Positions 62,951 to 64,000 of a DNA stretch of 64,000 bases are shown here, one piece after another. Made by a program: the position numbers and the translations under genes. Location of the stretch: NCBI RefSeq assembly GCF_026571515.1, contig NW_026855218.1:62001-126000 (forward strand), given 5' to 3'. The notes under the pieces are model-generated. The model saw nothing but the letters and a program-made list of their open reading frames with translations. It was not told the DNA's origin and made no database searches. The DNA comes from Ruditapes philippinarum (lineage: Eukaryota). Within the stretch, counting starts at the first letter, position 1; each line of letters opens with the position of its first letter.

Positions 62951-64000
62951 TAAAAATTAAGTTGTTTTTAGTTCAATGAAATTCTTGCATTGCTTAAAGA
63001 TAACAAATGTGCATTGATTTATTGAAGATTAAAGAAGCAAATGAAACGAATATTTATTTAGTTCTGACAAAGCACACATCTTATTTTTGCATCTTATTTA
63101 AATACGGAAGATATAACTTTGAATATCCAGACAGAATCAATGGAAGTTTGCATACACTTGAGAAACGCTAACTGATCAAGTTTGACATAAACGAACAAAT
63201 AAAGGTGAAAGACAACTTTGCGCAGAAACATTCCTTACAAGTGGAGGACACCCCCGCCCCCGTTCGAGAAAACAAAACTAAACAAAATAACAAACAAACA
63301 AGTACATTTCAAATCATTTCTAAACAATAAATCTTAAATAAACGATTCAATACTGTAACAATGTAATTTTGTGTCTGCTTAGAACAGCCATCCTTTCAGC
63401 CATCCAGAATTTAGGTTAAAATGTCAGGTTATACTCGTATTATCGAAAACATAAATAAAAAAGCTTGTCATTTGAAAACCAAGCTTCAGAGGAAAGTACC
63501 CTTACAATCAATGTTATACACAAAATGAGCAGAAAGACAATTGCTTTGGTTGTCAAAATACATCATTTCTTATTGGATTATAATGGAATTCACTGTTGTC
63601 ATTATTGTTCCCATAAGGGCCGTCATAAACAAAGCTCATACAATTTCATTTTACTGGAGCTGCTTTGTGACTTTTGTAAACGCTAAGAATTACAAAATAT
63701 TTTTGCCACCATAATCATCACGGTATATAAACAATACTGGTATGTCGTATAAAACTGATGGCATCCAATATAATATCAACATTATCGTCTCTTATTCTAT
63801 GAAAGTACTTGTAAATAAGATATAAGATTTATTGAATGTTTCCTGTAAACTAGCTATTTATTAAACACCATCTTCACACAATATTTGTTTTTATTTTGTA
63901 CATTAGCGTCACAATTAGAATTGCTAATTTAGGAAAATATTCCAGCAGAATTTATTCAATGTTAATAATATTAATATTAATTATTAATTATTTATTCAAT

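Overview
AT-rich, repeat-dense animal genomic DNA. The repeat repertoire (GACCTTGACC-core pearl/HINE-type elements, a tRNA-derived SINE, a GalEa-like Ty1/copia) points to a bivalve mollusc; this is an inference. Two long ORFs are real. (1) 8574..10400 (-): an intact 608-aa ABC-ATPase + TOPRIM protein of the OLD / Gabija GajA-like family, best known from bacterial anti-phage defence, encoded in a single coding exon. It carries eukaryotic signals: a splice acceptor 14 nt before the ATG, a candidate leader exon and an AATAAA. (2) 29793..33353 (-): an intact pol frame of a GalEa-like copia whose gag is mostly deleted and whose 5' LTR survives as only ~20 bp. The OLD-like gene is flanked by three decayed copies of another, unidentified minus-strand single-exon gene (1..2730, and a ~4 kb tandem duplication at 17075..25117). 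One of these copies shares a leader-exon/splice-donor sequence with the OLD-like gene. The remainder is nested transposon debris (TTAA-targeting Kolobok-like MITEs, an Academ-like 4.1 kb TIR element, a CR1/L2-group LINE fragment, HINEs, SINEs), two assembly gaps, and ~18 kb of non-coding DNA at the right end in which I could not identify a gene.
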